A stretch of DNA of 64,000 nt from a virus (Duplodnaviria; Heunggongvirae; Uroviricota; Caudoviricetes), in the IMG/VR virus record IMGVR_UViG_3300028591_000102, positions 24,579 to 88,578 of that record. One strand, written 5' to 3'. The notes below the pieces were generated by a model, which was not told the DNA's origin, ran no database searches, and saw only the letters and a list, made by a program, of their open reading frames with translations. The position numbers and the translations under genes were made by a program. Of this stretch, positions 1 through 10,485 are shown in pieces (the first letter of the stretch is position 1; every line of letters starts with the position of its first letter).

Positions 1-172
1 GTTTAAGAATTAATTCTTCATCTTCTTCTCTATATTTGAAACTTTCTTCCATTCCATCTACTACCATTGTTTGATTATTTAAATCTACTGCTATAATATA
101 TTTAGGGTTTAATTTATAACTGTACATTACAGTTCCCGCCATGCTCATAACGGCGCCATAAATCCATTTCAT
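1..172 (-). CDS. Hypothetical protein, partial (runs off window edge)
   Basis: ATG at 172 overlaps the stop of the upstream gene; frame MKWIYGAVMSMAGTVMYSYKLNPK... stays open to position 1. Confidence 0.6.
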   Translation of the reverse strand, partial: MKWIYGAVMSMAGTVMYSYKLNPKYIIAVDLNNQTMVVDGMEESFKYREEDEELILK

Positions 173-438
173 TCCATTACCTCTTCATAGGTCTCTTCAA
201 ATATATCTCGTGCACATGGATAAAATTCTCCACGTACTCCTTTAATGATATAATCTCCTTGTTTTGCATACATATCTCCTTCTAATGTATGAATAACCAA
301 TTTTACATTGGTCGGATTATTTTCATCATATAGAAATCTTGCATCATGACAAAAATTTATTATCTCTGCGCGATTCATACCAGTCCATTGTAGGGCATGA
401 ATCAGTACTGGTTTCTTTACGTATACTTTACTCATCAT
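169..438 (-). CDS. Conserved phage protein (PGDYG-like)
   Basis: Motif YVKKPV..HALQWTG...HTLEGDM.AK.GDYIIKGV.GEFYPC..DIFEETYE recalled as a common phage family. Confidence 0.75.
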   Translation of the reverse strand: MMSKVYVKKPVLIHALQWTGMNRAEIINFCHDARFLYDENNPTNVKLVIHTLEGDMYAKQGDYIIKGVRGEFYPCARDIFEETYEEVME

Positions 439-898
439 TATTTACCTCAATTGTAGGATATGTCTTTTCTTGAAATACTTGTTTCATTTCAGCAGATGTC
501 CCACATTTTTTATGCGGGATTCCGCGTATATTCTCAACCATTTCTAGATGTTCTGGGTCTTTTACTAATAAAATATTATTAATCATATCTTCTACCACCG
601 CACGTGGTTTAAGATATTTTTTATATTTCTTTTGGACTTTGGCAAATTCTTCCTCGCGGTCTTTTACCGTAATATTTTGCCATGCGCACTTTTCTAATAC
701 TACATTTTTTCTTTCGCCGCACGTAATACAGATATATGGTTCTATAATTTCATATTGAGCCGTATTCTTTGCTCCATTATACTCTACTTCCATATACCAA
801 GGAAGGTCTTTCCATGTATGCTCATGTTTAATTTCTGGAATTGCTAATTCATATGTGGGCAGTTGATCTACTATTTTTTTTCTATGAAAAATACCCAT
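428..898 (-). CDS. Hypothetical protein with CxxC motif
   Basis: 156 aa ORF with AGGAG RBS, translationally coupled to its neighbours. Confidence 0.7.
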   Translation of the reverse strand: MGIFHRKKIVDQLPTYELAIPEIKHEHTWKDLPWYMEVEYNGAKNTAQYEIIEPYICITCGERKNVVLEKCAWQNITVKDREEEFAKVQKKYKKYLKPRAVVEDMINNILLVKDPEHLEMVENIRGIPHKKCGTSAEMKQVFQEKTYPTIEVNNDE

Positions 899-899
899 A

Positions 900-1223
900 T
901 TAGCGCTCCTGTAAAATCTTTAGCTTGGTACGGAAAGTCTTACATGGATTTAAAGGATCTTTGTCCTTTACATTAGTTTCAATAATAATTAGATCCTCTG
1001 CAAGAATCTGATTTACTAGCTGCTCTACTAAATCTTTACGTATCATTTCATCCATAGCAGCTGGACTCATATTATCAGTCTCATTTTTACTAATGGTGGT
1101 TTCCGCTCCCAGTGTAATTACATCTTCGTTTTTATATTTACTTATTAAACCATTAGAAGTACTAGTGAATTCTGTTGGAAACATTAATATATCTTCCCAA
1201 TTAAAAGTATTATATTCGTTCAT
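900..1223 (-). CDS. Hypothetical protein
   Basis: 107 aa ORF, RBS AAGGAG, TAA stop. Confidence 0.7.
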   Translation of the reverse strand: MNEYNTFNWEDILMFPTEFTSTSNGLISKYKNEDVITLGAETTISKNETDNMSPAAMDEMIRKDLVEQLVNQILAEDLIIIETNVKDKDPLNPCKTFRTKLKILQER

Positions 1224-1227
1224 TTTA

Positions 1228-1473
1228 TTACTCCTTTACCTCTATTTTATATATTGGTGTCATTGGATCACCACTATATAGCATTTCTATATCATTCATA
1301 ATTGCGCGTAGAATGGTAAAAGTGGCTGGTTTTTTAATACCTTCTTTATCTGTAATCCATGTATGAATTTCTAGTGTATAGGTGCCATCCCCATTGGCAT
1401 ATCCTGTGAATTCATCTACATCCTTTAAATCACAAGATACTGATGAGTATCCTGTTGAATTATGCAACGTCAT
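1228..1473 (-). CDS. Hypothetical protein
   Basis: 81 aa ORF downstream of a TTGACT/TATAAT promoter (~1503-1531). Confidence 0.65.
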   Translation of the reverse strand: MTLHNSTGYSSVSCDLKDVDEFTGYANGDGTYTLEIHTWITDKEGIKKPATFTILRAIMNDIEMLYSGDPMTPIYKIEVKE

Positions 1474-1535
1474 TTAATCATCCCTTTATCTATTTCTGTA
1501 ATAATTATAGCATAATTTTAAAAAAAGTCAAGATT

Positions 1536-1889
1536 TTAATCTTGACTATAAGGTACAATTTTATATATTAATCCTTCTTTAGATCGAATTTCATAATTTT
1601 CTAGAAGTTGCACTGGCGAAGTTTCATCAGATATTGTGACTTCATAGATAGTTTCTTGCCAATTAATTCCACTAACAATTAACATAACTGCGCCAATTAA
1701 TGCAGCAATACATACTAGAATAATAATAAAATTAGATAAACATACTTTTTTATTTTCTATACTCTCTTGAATAGCAAAACCAAGAATTGCAATCGCGCCT
1801 ATAATTAATAGAATTCCTATAAGTATAGATGATCCACCACTACTTGCTATATGTGTATATTCATTTAATACTGTAATTCCAGGTAACAT
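1536..1889 (-). CDS. Putative membrane protein
   Basis: Two hydrophobic helices; RBS AGGAGG. Confidence 0.7.
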   Translation of the reverse strand: MLPGITVLNEYTHIASSGGSSILIGILLIIGAIAILGFAIQESIENKKVCLSNFIIILVCIAALIGAVMLIVSGINWQETIYEVTISDETSPVQLLENYEIRSKEGLIYKIVPYSQD

Positions 1890-1898
1890 ACGCCCTCC

Positions 1899-2099
1899 TT
1901 AAAATATAAATAAATCTAAATAATCGGGTTCAAGCCCGAGGTCATAGTGTAGAATGTCCTCTGCCTCATTAAGATTTCCATTATAGAAAGCATGTTCCAT
2001 GTCCGCGGCAGCATCACGTACTTCAATAAGTGCTTCTTCATAACTAATACCATCACGTCTTGCAATCATTTGGGCAAGTTCTTCAAGTGTTCTTGGCAT
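1899..2099 (-). CDS. Hypothetical protein
   Basis: 66 aa ORF with AAGGAG RBS. Confidence 0.65.
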   Translation of the reverse strand: MPRTLEELAQMIARRDGISYEEALIEVRDAAADMEHAFYNGNLNEAEDILHYDLGLEPDYLDLFIF

Positions 2100-2240
2100 T
2101 TTTATTTCTCCTTTAAATAAAAAAATAGACGCGGCCGCTTGGTGAAAATGATTGAAAGAACGACGGTCGCGTCAGCCGAAAGAGTGTACGCGCTACTTTT
2201 CCTCTTTCTATATATATTATACATGAAAATTAAAAAAAAG

Positions 2241-2549
2241 TCAAATATTTAATTTATTATTTTTAAATTCTTTTGGACAGATTAAATGATCTGGGCATCT
2301 AATGTTTGTCCAGTCTATACGTACCATTTTTTCTTTACCTTCATATTCTAGATGTACTACATCATATCCGAGTGCGCGCAGCGCATCTATCACATGATTA
2401 TTAATTTCACCCGCATATAATAGATGGGTACCACCATGCTGTACGCTATCAAGAATACGAACCTCAATATGTGTATAAATAGACCAATCTATTGGGTCTG
2501 TTAGATAAGAAATTGCGCGGGCTTCAAGCGCGGTAAATAACGTTAGCAT
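2241..2549 (-). CDS. Hypothetical protein
   Basis: 102 aa ORF overlapping the end of the upstream gene. Confidence 0.6.
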   Translation of the reverse strand: MLTLFTALEARAISYLTDPIDWSIYTHIEVRILDSVQHGGTHLLYAGEINNHVIDALRALGYDVVHLEYEGKEKMVRIDWTNIRCPDHLICPKEFKNNKLNI

Positions 2550-3184
2550 ACGCTTTCACCTTTTATACTAAATATTGTATTAATATTAAATTCAAAAAGA
2601 TCATATAAAGGAAAAAGTTCAGAAGGAACCCATCCTGGTGATAAACAAATATATACATAATCAAAATTAACAAAGTCAATAACACTAATATCGCTAGATT
2701 GAGTAAATTTATGAAAACGATTAAATACTTCATTATTAATTTCTTTATATGAATCTTTATTATTAATCCATGTATACTCATTTAATCCGTCACAAAAAAT
2801 AACCCAATTACCGCATCCAAGCTCTTGTCTATCAACATCATCAAGTGATGAAATATGATAGCCGCAATCATGATGATGGTCTATATTATATATATTATAT
2901 TTTTTATCTTTAAGATTCCATACATTTTCAATAGCGTCTACGATATCTGTATGTTCTGTACGAAATACTATTCTATCTTTATTAGGTAGAAATTTAACTA
3001 TATTATTAACATATACTAAAAGCTGTTTAATTTTTTTATAATCTGGTTTAACTGTTATGCCGGGACAACGTTTTAACCAATCATCTAATAGTATACGTGA
3101 ATCTGCAATTTCATTATAAAATTCAATACTTGGTTCCATAACCCAGTCAAAATCTATACTGAGAATATTAATATTACGTTCCAT
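2543..3184 (-). CDS. UPF0489-like (ureohydrolase-fold) metal-binding protein
   Basis: Motifs LSIDFDW, NIDHHHD, CGNW and CLSPGWVP. Confidence 0.6.
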   Translation of the reverse strand: MERNINILSIDFDWVMEPSIEFYNEIADSRILLDDWLKRCPGITVKPDYKKIKQLLVYVNNIVKFLPNKDRIVFRTEHTDIVDAIENVWNLKDKKYNIYNIDHHHDCGYHISSLDDVDRQELGCGNWVIFCDGLNEYTWINNKDSYKEINNEVFNRFHKFTQSSDISVIDFVNFDYVYICLSPGWVPSELFPLYDLFEFNINTIFSIKGESVC

Positions 3185-3192
3185 TTATTTTT

Positions 3193-3414
3193 TTACTCCT
3201 CATTTTCTCTTTGCCACATTTGAATAGCAAACTCACGAGTCGGCGCAGAAGAACCCTCGTGCCCACATTCTGGACATTCAATCCACCAGCAATTACTCAC
3301 TTCAGGTGCTAATTGATGATGAATATTATATTTTCCGCATACGCACTTTGGACAATACATGTTGCCCAGCCACGCATGACGTGTTTCAATTTCTTCTACA
3401 AAGGTCATTTTCAT
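3193..3414 (-). CDS. Lar-like (restriction alleviation) Zn-ribbon protein
   Basis: CPKC...IECPECG....PTREFAIQMWQRE resembles the Lar family pattern CxxC...CxxCG...AixxWNrR. Confidence 0.5.
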   Translation of the reverse strand: MKMTFVEEIETRHAWLGNMYCPKCVCGKYNIHHQLAPEVSNCWWIECPECGHEGSSAPTREFAIQMWQRENEE

Positions 3415-3667
3415 TTTGTAATCCACGCTCCTTTATAAGAGTTAATATTTTCTAATATAATTCGTTATTAGAAGTATCTTCTTCTATCTCATCTTCCCAC
3501 CATCTACCTCCAATAATAATATCTGGTGGATTCTAGTTTATTATTAATTCTTCATAATTACTTACGATACTGCCGCAATAAGGGCAGGTTGTCTATGGTT
3601 CAGCGAATGACATTCTGCACTCTGCACAATAAAAGCCATGCGCTCCTTCTTTAAATGTAGTTGTCAT
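3386..3667 (-). CDS. Zn-ribbon protein (TAG read-through)
   Basis: Absent from the ORF track. RBS GAGGTG, MTTTFKEGAHGFYCAECRMSFAEP[TAG]TTCPYCGS; the two CxxC halves are joined only by reading TAG; 3 in-frame TAG, TGA stop. Confidence 0.7.
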
Positions 3668-3676
3668 TTGCTCACC

Positions 3677-4177
3677 TCAATCCCATAAGTCATAGAAATG
3701 TTTTCCGATTTGAGTCATTGCAATTTCTAAATTATCCGCCGCGTCTTCACCGATTTCTTGCAACCGATTATAATAATCTTCATCCATTTTAGTTACACGG
3801 ATATCATCTTTATCAAATAGATGTTCCATATATTCCTTATAATATTCGTTACATTCATTCTGCTTATCTTCAAGGCCGCTTTCAATAAGGTCTGCCATTT
3901 TATACAGCCATTCGTGCCATCTTTCGGGCGTTTCAAATGGTTCATGTCCAGGGTAAGCGCAGCCATGGTCCGCCATATAACGAAGCATAGAGGGAAAAGT
4001 ATTCATAATCCATATATCCATATCCCATACATCGCCATAGGTCCAGCCATACTTCGCGCGCCGATATGCATCACGAATATTCATACCAAGATGCTTAAAC
4101 CATTTCCAAGGATGAGTTATATAATATCTTTTAGTATAGGGCCAATTCCATACACTAAACCCCTTATCTTTCTTCAT
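3677..4177 (-). CDS. Hypothetical phage protein
   Basis: 166 aa ORF with RBS. Confidence 0.75.
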   Translation of the reverse strand: MKKDKGFSVWNWPYTKRYYITHPWKWFKHLGMNIRDAYRRAKYGWTYGDVWDMDIWIMNTFPSMLRYMADHGCAYPGHEPFETPERWHEWLYKMADLIESGLEDKQNECNEYYKEYMEHLFDKDDIRVTKMDEDYYNRLQEIGEDAADNLEIAMTQIGKHFYDLWD

Positions 4178-4181
4178 ATCC

Positions 4182-4409
4182 TTATTCTCCTTCTTTTATA
4201 TGCTTCGGTGGGCATGGTAGCTTTTGCCATGCTTGTACACCCAAATAAGAGCTGCTAAACTTAAAATCATCCACAATCCAATAATCATGTTTCCATTCGG
4301 CAATTTCATAATATTCTTTATTATCTTTATAACGATAAATTAAGTAGACGCCGTCCTCTTCTGGAGAAGTATAGCGCCAATAAGGAAAAATTTCACATTT
4401 ATAATTCAT
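4182..4409 (-). CDS. Small protein, DUF551-like
   Basis: PEEDGVYL...V.AWQKLP.PP pattern; promoter at ~4441-4470. Confidence 0.55.
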   Translation of the reverse strand: MNYKCEIFPYWRYTSPEEDGVYLIYRYKDNKEYYEIAEWKHDYWIVDDFKFSSSYLGVQAWQKLPCPPKHIKEGE

Positions 4410-4512
4410 GATATTAACTCCTATATTTTTTTTACATTTATATTATATATTAATTTTGGGTATTTGTCAAATTATTATTTATATCCATACATTTTTATAT
4501 ATACTCATCTTC

Positions 4513-5058
4513 TTATTCAATGCGTTGCCACATGTATACTGTTAGATAAGGCGGCATATTATTATGTGCCTCTCCGCCGCCTTTTGCTCCAATCGTACCT
4601 GATGGAGTATGTCCACCCGCGCTTGATGTAGTAACAGCGTCTTGTGCGGGAGTTGTATCATTAGAAGCAACTGCATTCGCTACGTGTCCACTAAAGTTTT
4701 GGTCATCTGTTCCTGAGTGACGATTAAATGTATGGGTGTGCCCTGCTACTGCATTACCTGTAAAAGTATGGTTATGCGATGGCATTTCACTTTCAGTTAA
4801 TGTGTGCGTAGCTTCGCCGCCGGTGGCGCCAGCTGTGTATGTTGTTCCAGCGGCAAGTAAAAATGTGTCCTAAATACGTTGCCAAGTACCTCCAATAAAA
4901 GTACCAGGGTCGGTGCTATTAATGCTCATATATATGCTACCTACTGGGAACATAGCTAATTTTGCTGCATTAATTGCAGCCTAAACCTATAGTGAAGTTT
5001 GGTATGAACCAACACAAGCATCAATTTGTGTACCTGTATACTATGATGTATATGACAT
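4513..5058 (-). CDS. Tail fibre/baseplate tip paralog 4 (Gp10 C-terminal/tail-collar-like), TAG=Gln
   Basis: MSYTSSQYTGTQID...FPVGSIYMSINSTDPGTFIGGTWQRIQDTFLLAAG...NNMPPYLTVYMWQRIE; open only with TAG read-through. Confidence 0.8.
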
Positions 5059-5071
5059 ATATTATTCCTCC

Positions 5072-5590
5072 TTATGCTATACGCTACCACATATAAACAG
5101 CAAGATAAGGTGGCATATTGTTATGAGCACCACTGCCACCAGTATCCAACATGGTCATTGTAAACTCAGAGCCTTGATATGCATTATATGCTGATAGTGA
5201 TGCCTAGGCTCCGGAACCTCCATAACATCCGAATATAGTTGGTCCATCTGCGATATGATAAGAATCTTTATAATATGTTCTAAAATTATGCTTATGTGTG
5301 GGCATTTCTGTGACAGTTAATGTGTGTGTAGCTTCACCACCAGTACTACCCGCCGTATATGTTGAATCCTGGGCTAATAAAAACTTTCCTTGAATTGGAG
5401 TCCACGTTCCTCCTATAAAGGTTCCTGGGTCAGTATTTACTGTACTCGTATATATAGAGCCTATGGGAAACATTGCTAATTTAGTTGCGGCAATTGCCTA
5501 TTCAATTGCGGCCTATACTTGTGCGGAAGTTTGATAATTATTTACACAGTTATCTATTTCAGAACCTGTGTGCGTACTTGTATATGGCAT
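5072..5590 (-). CDS. Tail fibre/baseplate tip paralog 3, TAG=Gln
   Basis: MPYTSTHTGSEID...FPIGSIY...GGEATHTLT..EMPTHKH...NNMPPYLAVYMW[TAG]RIA. Confidence 0.8.
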
Positions 5591-5638
5591 TATATATCAC
5601 TTCCTTTATGTAGTTGTTTTTATCATAATATTACTTCT

Positions 5639-6187
5639 TTATGCTGTTCTTTTCCAAACATAAACTGCTAGGTATGGCGGCATATTTGAAGTTTCAGATG
5701 TTGTTGTTGATACCTGTGGATGTGTATGTCCTCCACCACCGCCAGTATCTAACTATGTTAAACAATTATTATTTCCATTATAAGCATGATATGGTGCTAA
5801 TATTATATTATTAGTACCAGATAAAGTTATATAAGCACCATATATATTTGGTCCAGTTGCACCATATTGATTTGAAAAATTGTGTTTATGCGCAGGCATT
5901 TCCGCAACAGTTAATGTGTGACTACCTGTTGTAGTTGCCACTGTGGTATGCGTATGACTGGTATTCCCACCAGTAGTTCCACCACTATATGTACTACCAG
6001 CGCATAATAAAAACGTATCCTAAATCTATTCCCATGTGCCTCCAAATAATGTTGCTGGAGATACACTGTTTACACTCATATAAATAGAGCCTATTGGATA
6101 TATTAGATTTAATAATGCAGCAGTCTGTACTGCTCCATCTACCAAGGTATCAAGTTGCTATCCTGTATGAGTTGATGTATAAGGCAT
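5639..6187 (-). CDS. Tail fibre/baseplate tip paralog 2, TAG=Gln
   Basis: MPYTSTHTG[TAG]QLD...YPIGSIYMS...SNMPPYLAVYVWKRTA. Confidence 0.8.
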
Positions 6188-6199
6188 ATATGTACCTCC

Positions 6200-6760
6200 T
6201 TACGCTGTACGTTTCCAAATATAAACTGTGAGATAGGGCGGCATATTGTTGTGAGATTCGCCGCCACCATATGAGGATGTGGCGCCAGTCCAGTTGCGAG
6301 ACGCATCAAAACCAGTAGCATTTGAATAACTTGAACCTGCATTAGTAGTGGTATTAGCACTCCAACAAACTGCTCTTCCGTCATTATAACCATAAAAAGC
6401 GCCACTAGTTACATTAATAATATACATACCAGCACTACCATCTCCCCAACCATTATGATGCGTTCCTGTAATATTCATAGTGCCTCTGGTATGTGTGTGA
6501 GCTGGAACTTCGCTTTCCTATAATGTATGTGTTGCTTCACCGCCAGTTCCACCAGCAGTATAGGTTGTACCTGCTGCTAATAAAAATCTATCCTAAATCC
6601 TTTCCCATGTTCCACCAATAAAAGTACTTGGACTTACGTCATTTACACTCATATAAATGGAACCTACTGGGTATATTAAATTTAATAAACCAATAGCTTG
6701 TACTGCACCATCTACTAGCGCATCTAGCTGTTGTCCGGTGTGTGTTGATGTATACGGCAT
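6200..6760 (-). CDS. Tail fibre/baseplate tip paralog 1, TAG=Gln
   Basis: MPYTSTHTGQQLD...YPVGSIYMS...TWERI[TAG]DRFLLAAG...NNMPPYLTVYIWKRTA. Confidence 0.8.
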
Positions 6761-6772
6761 TTGTGTCACCCC

Positions 6773-7219
6773 TTATTTCCATGATCCCCAGGCCATTAAA
6801 CCAAATGTTACAGTAACATCTGTATAAGAATTATAATAAAAAGGCATAATATTGCAGGTTTTTGTAGCAGAAGTACTATTACCGGTACCAACCCATAACC
6901 AATTTGCACCAGATGTACTCTAAATTGTAATAGATAATGTTGGTGTTGCATTAAATAATCCAGAAGGAAAAGTCCAACATGGGTCTGAGCCCGCGGCATA
7001 ATAAACATTTCCCGCCGCGGCGCCGCTACGTTTTGAAGTAGCATTACCATAACAACATGCTATACCATTAGACCATTTAATATAATGCCAGGTCATATTA
7101 CTTCCTGTCCCTGAAACAGTACCTGTTGCAGTACCTTTTTCAATAATTGTTGCGTTTTCAATAGCTGCAATTCTTGCATTAGTATTTTTATCTGGAGTGA
7201 TATTGGTTGTTCCGATCAT
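6773..7219 (-). CDS. Putative tail fibre tip/receptor-binding accessory protein, TAG=Gln
   Basis: WHYIKWSNGIACCYG...FPSGLF pattern resembles siphophage fibre C-terminal domains; one TAG at 6920, TAA at 6773. Confidence 0.55.
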
Positions 7220-7385
7220 ATTTTTCGCCCCTTAAATAAAATGAGGTAAATATCGGGATTTTTCTCCCTATATTACTACCTCGTTTAAATAATTTTAAAT
7301 TAAAATAAAATTAGAAGGGGTGGGGTTTCGGGCCACTCCTTCTATTATATATATTCAAATTATCTATTTGAAAATGAAATTGAAA

Positions 7386-9038
7386 TTATACTATAACACG
7401 GAACTTTTCTCGCACTTTAGTAATATATTGCGGCCATTGTTCTAAGTCTTTTAATGTTGCCTATTTTTCTGCAACGGTTATCCCCGCCTCAGCAAACATG
7501 GTGGTGCATCCACGTAAAGAACTAATGGCATGTCTTGATTTATCTCTAATTCCCATAGCTTTAAAGTCTTGTAATAATGCTTCTTGCGCGGGGCCCTTAA
7601 GTGGAATACCTTTCCATCGCTCCGCTATTTCAATAATAAGTTCGCGCTAATTTTCCATACGGACCTGCGCAGGGTCAATTAACTAAGGAGTTGCGCCCAA
7701 ATATGAGTACATTTCGCGCACAGCTTCCTCAGTATTATCCATTAAATGTAAATAATCTTTATGGTCCTTTAATAAGTGTAAGTATGCTTGCTCATTCACT
7801 TCATATTTTTTTATACCATTATCACATTTTTTCTCTGTAATATATTTAATCTTAAACTATGCTCCCTTAAGTAAACCATACTATTTTGCAAGCTCTATCT
7901 AATTACCTTCAGCCTACAATTTCCTAAAATGTGCGAACATATCTGATTGAATTTGAAAATCTCTTCTCGCATTATTAGGATTAAAGATGATGAAAAGCTA
8001 ATCAAGATTGCCGCGGAAGCGCCCAACCTTCTATCTAATCTCAACCTCTCCATATCCATCAATAATCATATAGTCTATCTTAGGAAAGGTAAGTGACATA
8101 CCTTCTTGCAGCGTATCAGTTACAATAAGAATATAAATATCATCAGGTAAATGCTCATTTCTAAGTGCTTCAAAAAGTGATTCCTTACCATCAGCAATAC
8201 GCTATTTATCCGCCATATCCTATAAATCTGCGAGGGTAAGGCCGCTCTATCCATCACTTAATTCAATTAGTAGGTCTTTTGCGGCAATAGCGGCCTGGTT
8301 GGTATCCAGTGAAAGAGCCGTCTAATTTGCGCGCGATACTAGCATTGCAACTCCTTTTTTCTAATCAAGCAACTTAAAGTACCAATCTTTAACCTTACTC
8401 GCGCTTTTAAGAAACACAATGCCTCGCTTACCTTCCTACTAATTCAAAAAATAATCAAGTGTCATATTAGTATTCTTAGTCTTTATAAACTATATCTCCT
8501 TTACATACGTATTACTAACATACTTAGTAAAATCTGGAAATAAGTAAATAAAATTACTCTCATCAGAGAAAAATTCTTTTGAAAGTTCATCAAAATATTC
8601 ATCATTTGCGGTAATAAAAATGATGTGCTATTTAGTACGTGCATTTTTTATCCAGTCACCTATAATTGTTGTATCTTCCGCAAATGAAGCTTCACTAAAT
8701 AAACCATGACACTCGTCAATTACAATCCAGTCGTAGTCTACGGTTCCTTTCTTTATCATATTAGCGAATCCCATTCTCTAACAGACATCTGTTTCACCAT
8801 ACTTATGCCGCAGCTACTCTACTGTAATACTGCGGCTTTCTACCACTAACATTGTTTGTAATTTACCAAACTTATGGTCAAGTTCTGCGAGTACGCTATT
8901 CATAATAGCTGTGGTTTTGCCTACACCTGTACCGCCATTTAACACCAAGAAGGTATTTATGTCAGACAGGTCTGTTTCTTTTACAAGTCGAATAATATCA
9001 TCAACTGCGAATTCTTTAACCTACTGATGTTTTCTCAT
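7386..9038 (-). CDS. SF2 (DExH) helicase, 550 aa, TAG=Gln
   Basis: Missing from the ORF track. Walker A GGTGVGKTT, DECH, ITAN, TDTLQEGMS and QKVGRFR (Q from TAG) motifs in one frame with no TAA/TGA until 7386. Confidence 0.88.
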
Positions 9039-9116
9039 TCTATCACCTCTACAATTATATTATAGCATGAAATTACATCAAAGTCAAATATCTATTTTGG
9101 TAACAAATAGCGTACT

Positions 9117-9215
9117 CCGTCCATACCCTCGCTCGCTATCGAGCGCACCACTCGGTCGTCGCTGCGCTCCGACCGAGTGTATGTGCGCTCTATCGCTTAC
9201 GCGAGGGTTGGTCGG
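9117..9215. other. GC-rich long imperfect hairpin (~100 nt)
   Basis: Nested arms CCCTCGC/GCGAGGG, GAGCGCAC/GTGCGCTC, CACTCGGTCG/CGACCGAGTG. Confidence 0.7.
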
Positions 9216-9246
9216 TACAATATTTATTGGGAGGTGGTTATAAAAA

Positions 9247-9516
9247 TTAACTATGCATCTCATATTTTGTATGTGGGGCCGCATTCAATCCTCTCATGGT
9301 ATGTACAAACTCCATTGCATCCTCATACGTATCATATATCTTATACTATTCCTAATCTTTTTCCGCGCCAATCCGCAGCGGTAATTTCGGTCTACCCCAT
9401 TTCATATACACTTCTTTAATCGCATACATATTTCCATTTATTTCAAATACGTATCTACTATGTTCTCTATCAAATATATCGAATTTATTATATGTATCAA
9501 TAATAAAGGCAGTCAT
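9247..9516 (-). CDS. Hypothetical protein, TAG=Gln
   Basis: MTAFIIDTYNKFD...AEKD[TAG]E[TAG]YKIYDTYEDAMEFVH...; RBS GGAG. Confidence 0.55.
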
Positions 9517-9804
9517 AATTTTTTCAACTCCGTAAAATAAAATGTTGTAAGAAAAAATGTAAGTATCGTACATTTAAGTCAGTAAAAGAGAAGATATAAT
9601 ATATATGTATAGTTAATGTCGTCCTGACTTAAAGGTGTTCTATGTCTATTCCGAAGGTATCATCGGGAACATCGGTATAGAAGGGTAGTTTTGAGGGGTG
9701 TGCGCCAAATTTCAACTTTTGTCAAATATTTAAAAATATTAAAAATAAAAAAATTTTTTTTAAATATTTACTTTTTTTTCATTATATCATAAGGAAAAAT
9801 TATT

Positions 9805-10298
9805 TGTCAAGTATTTGACAATGCCTCTAAAAATACCCAACATAATGCTGCGGCTCCCTTAACAGGCGCGTTTGATATATATATAGAATATGCGCCCGTT
9901 AGAGGGGATAAGACGCAGCTTCCTATTGCGGAATACAATTTACCAGCTTATTTTATGCAGCTTATTTTAACTCTTATAGATATAAAAATTAGTCATGACA
10001 ATTTAATGGACTATAGATACAGTTCGCTTTTCGCGCCCGGTGTTGCTAATACCCGGAAACAGGCACAAATGAAAAAATTATCAAACGCGCCCGAAAAGGG
10101 GTACAGAAAGGTTTCAGGAGGGGCAAGTGCAGCTTGTATACAGTATCCAGTATTTTGGATACAAAATAAAATTGTATACAGTATACGCCGTAACTGCGCA
10201 GCTTGTACTGTAAGGCGCAGCTTATTACAGCTTCTCAGCTTTTCCAGCTTATTGGCGCCCAGCTTATAAGGCGTAGTGAAGCTGTCAAATACTTGACA
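9805..10298. repeat. Non-coding repeat-rich segment (candidate origin/terminus)
   Basis: 10 same-strand CAGCTT, repeated GCGCCC and TGTATACAGTA; bounded by an inverted 16-mer TGTCAAGTATTTGACA (9805) / TGTCAAATACTTGACA (10283). Confidence 0.5.
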
Positions 10299-10427
10299 AG
10301 TCTGTGAACAGCCTGTGCTAAGGCACGAATCCGAATATTTTTGAATTGTATACTGTATACATTCGGATGCACACGAACATTTTATTTGTCAAGTAATAAG
10401 TTAGATGTTGAACATCTAAAATACGGA

Positions 10428-10455
10428 TTGACTTTTTCTGTATTTAGAGTATAAT
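10428..10455 (+). promoter_or_regulatory. sigmaA-type promoter (example of the palindrome-linked promoters)
   Basis: TTGACT-16-TATAAT, 8 nt after the palindrome; a divergent TTGACA lies 8 nt on the other side (10387-10392). Confidence 0.8.
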
Positions 10456-10485
10456 ATAGATATCAAAGAGAAAGGACGTAAAAAT

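Noticed and set aside
4513-6760. Diversity-generating retroelement acting on the fibre genes
   Set aside because: No reverse transcriptase and no template/variable repeat pair differing only at adenines; paralogs differ by whole segments
9955-10269. 104-aa plus-strand ORF
   Set aside because: No RBS, lies within the short-repeat segment, and the translation mirrors the repeats
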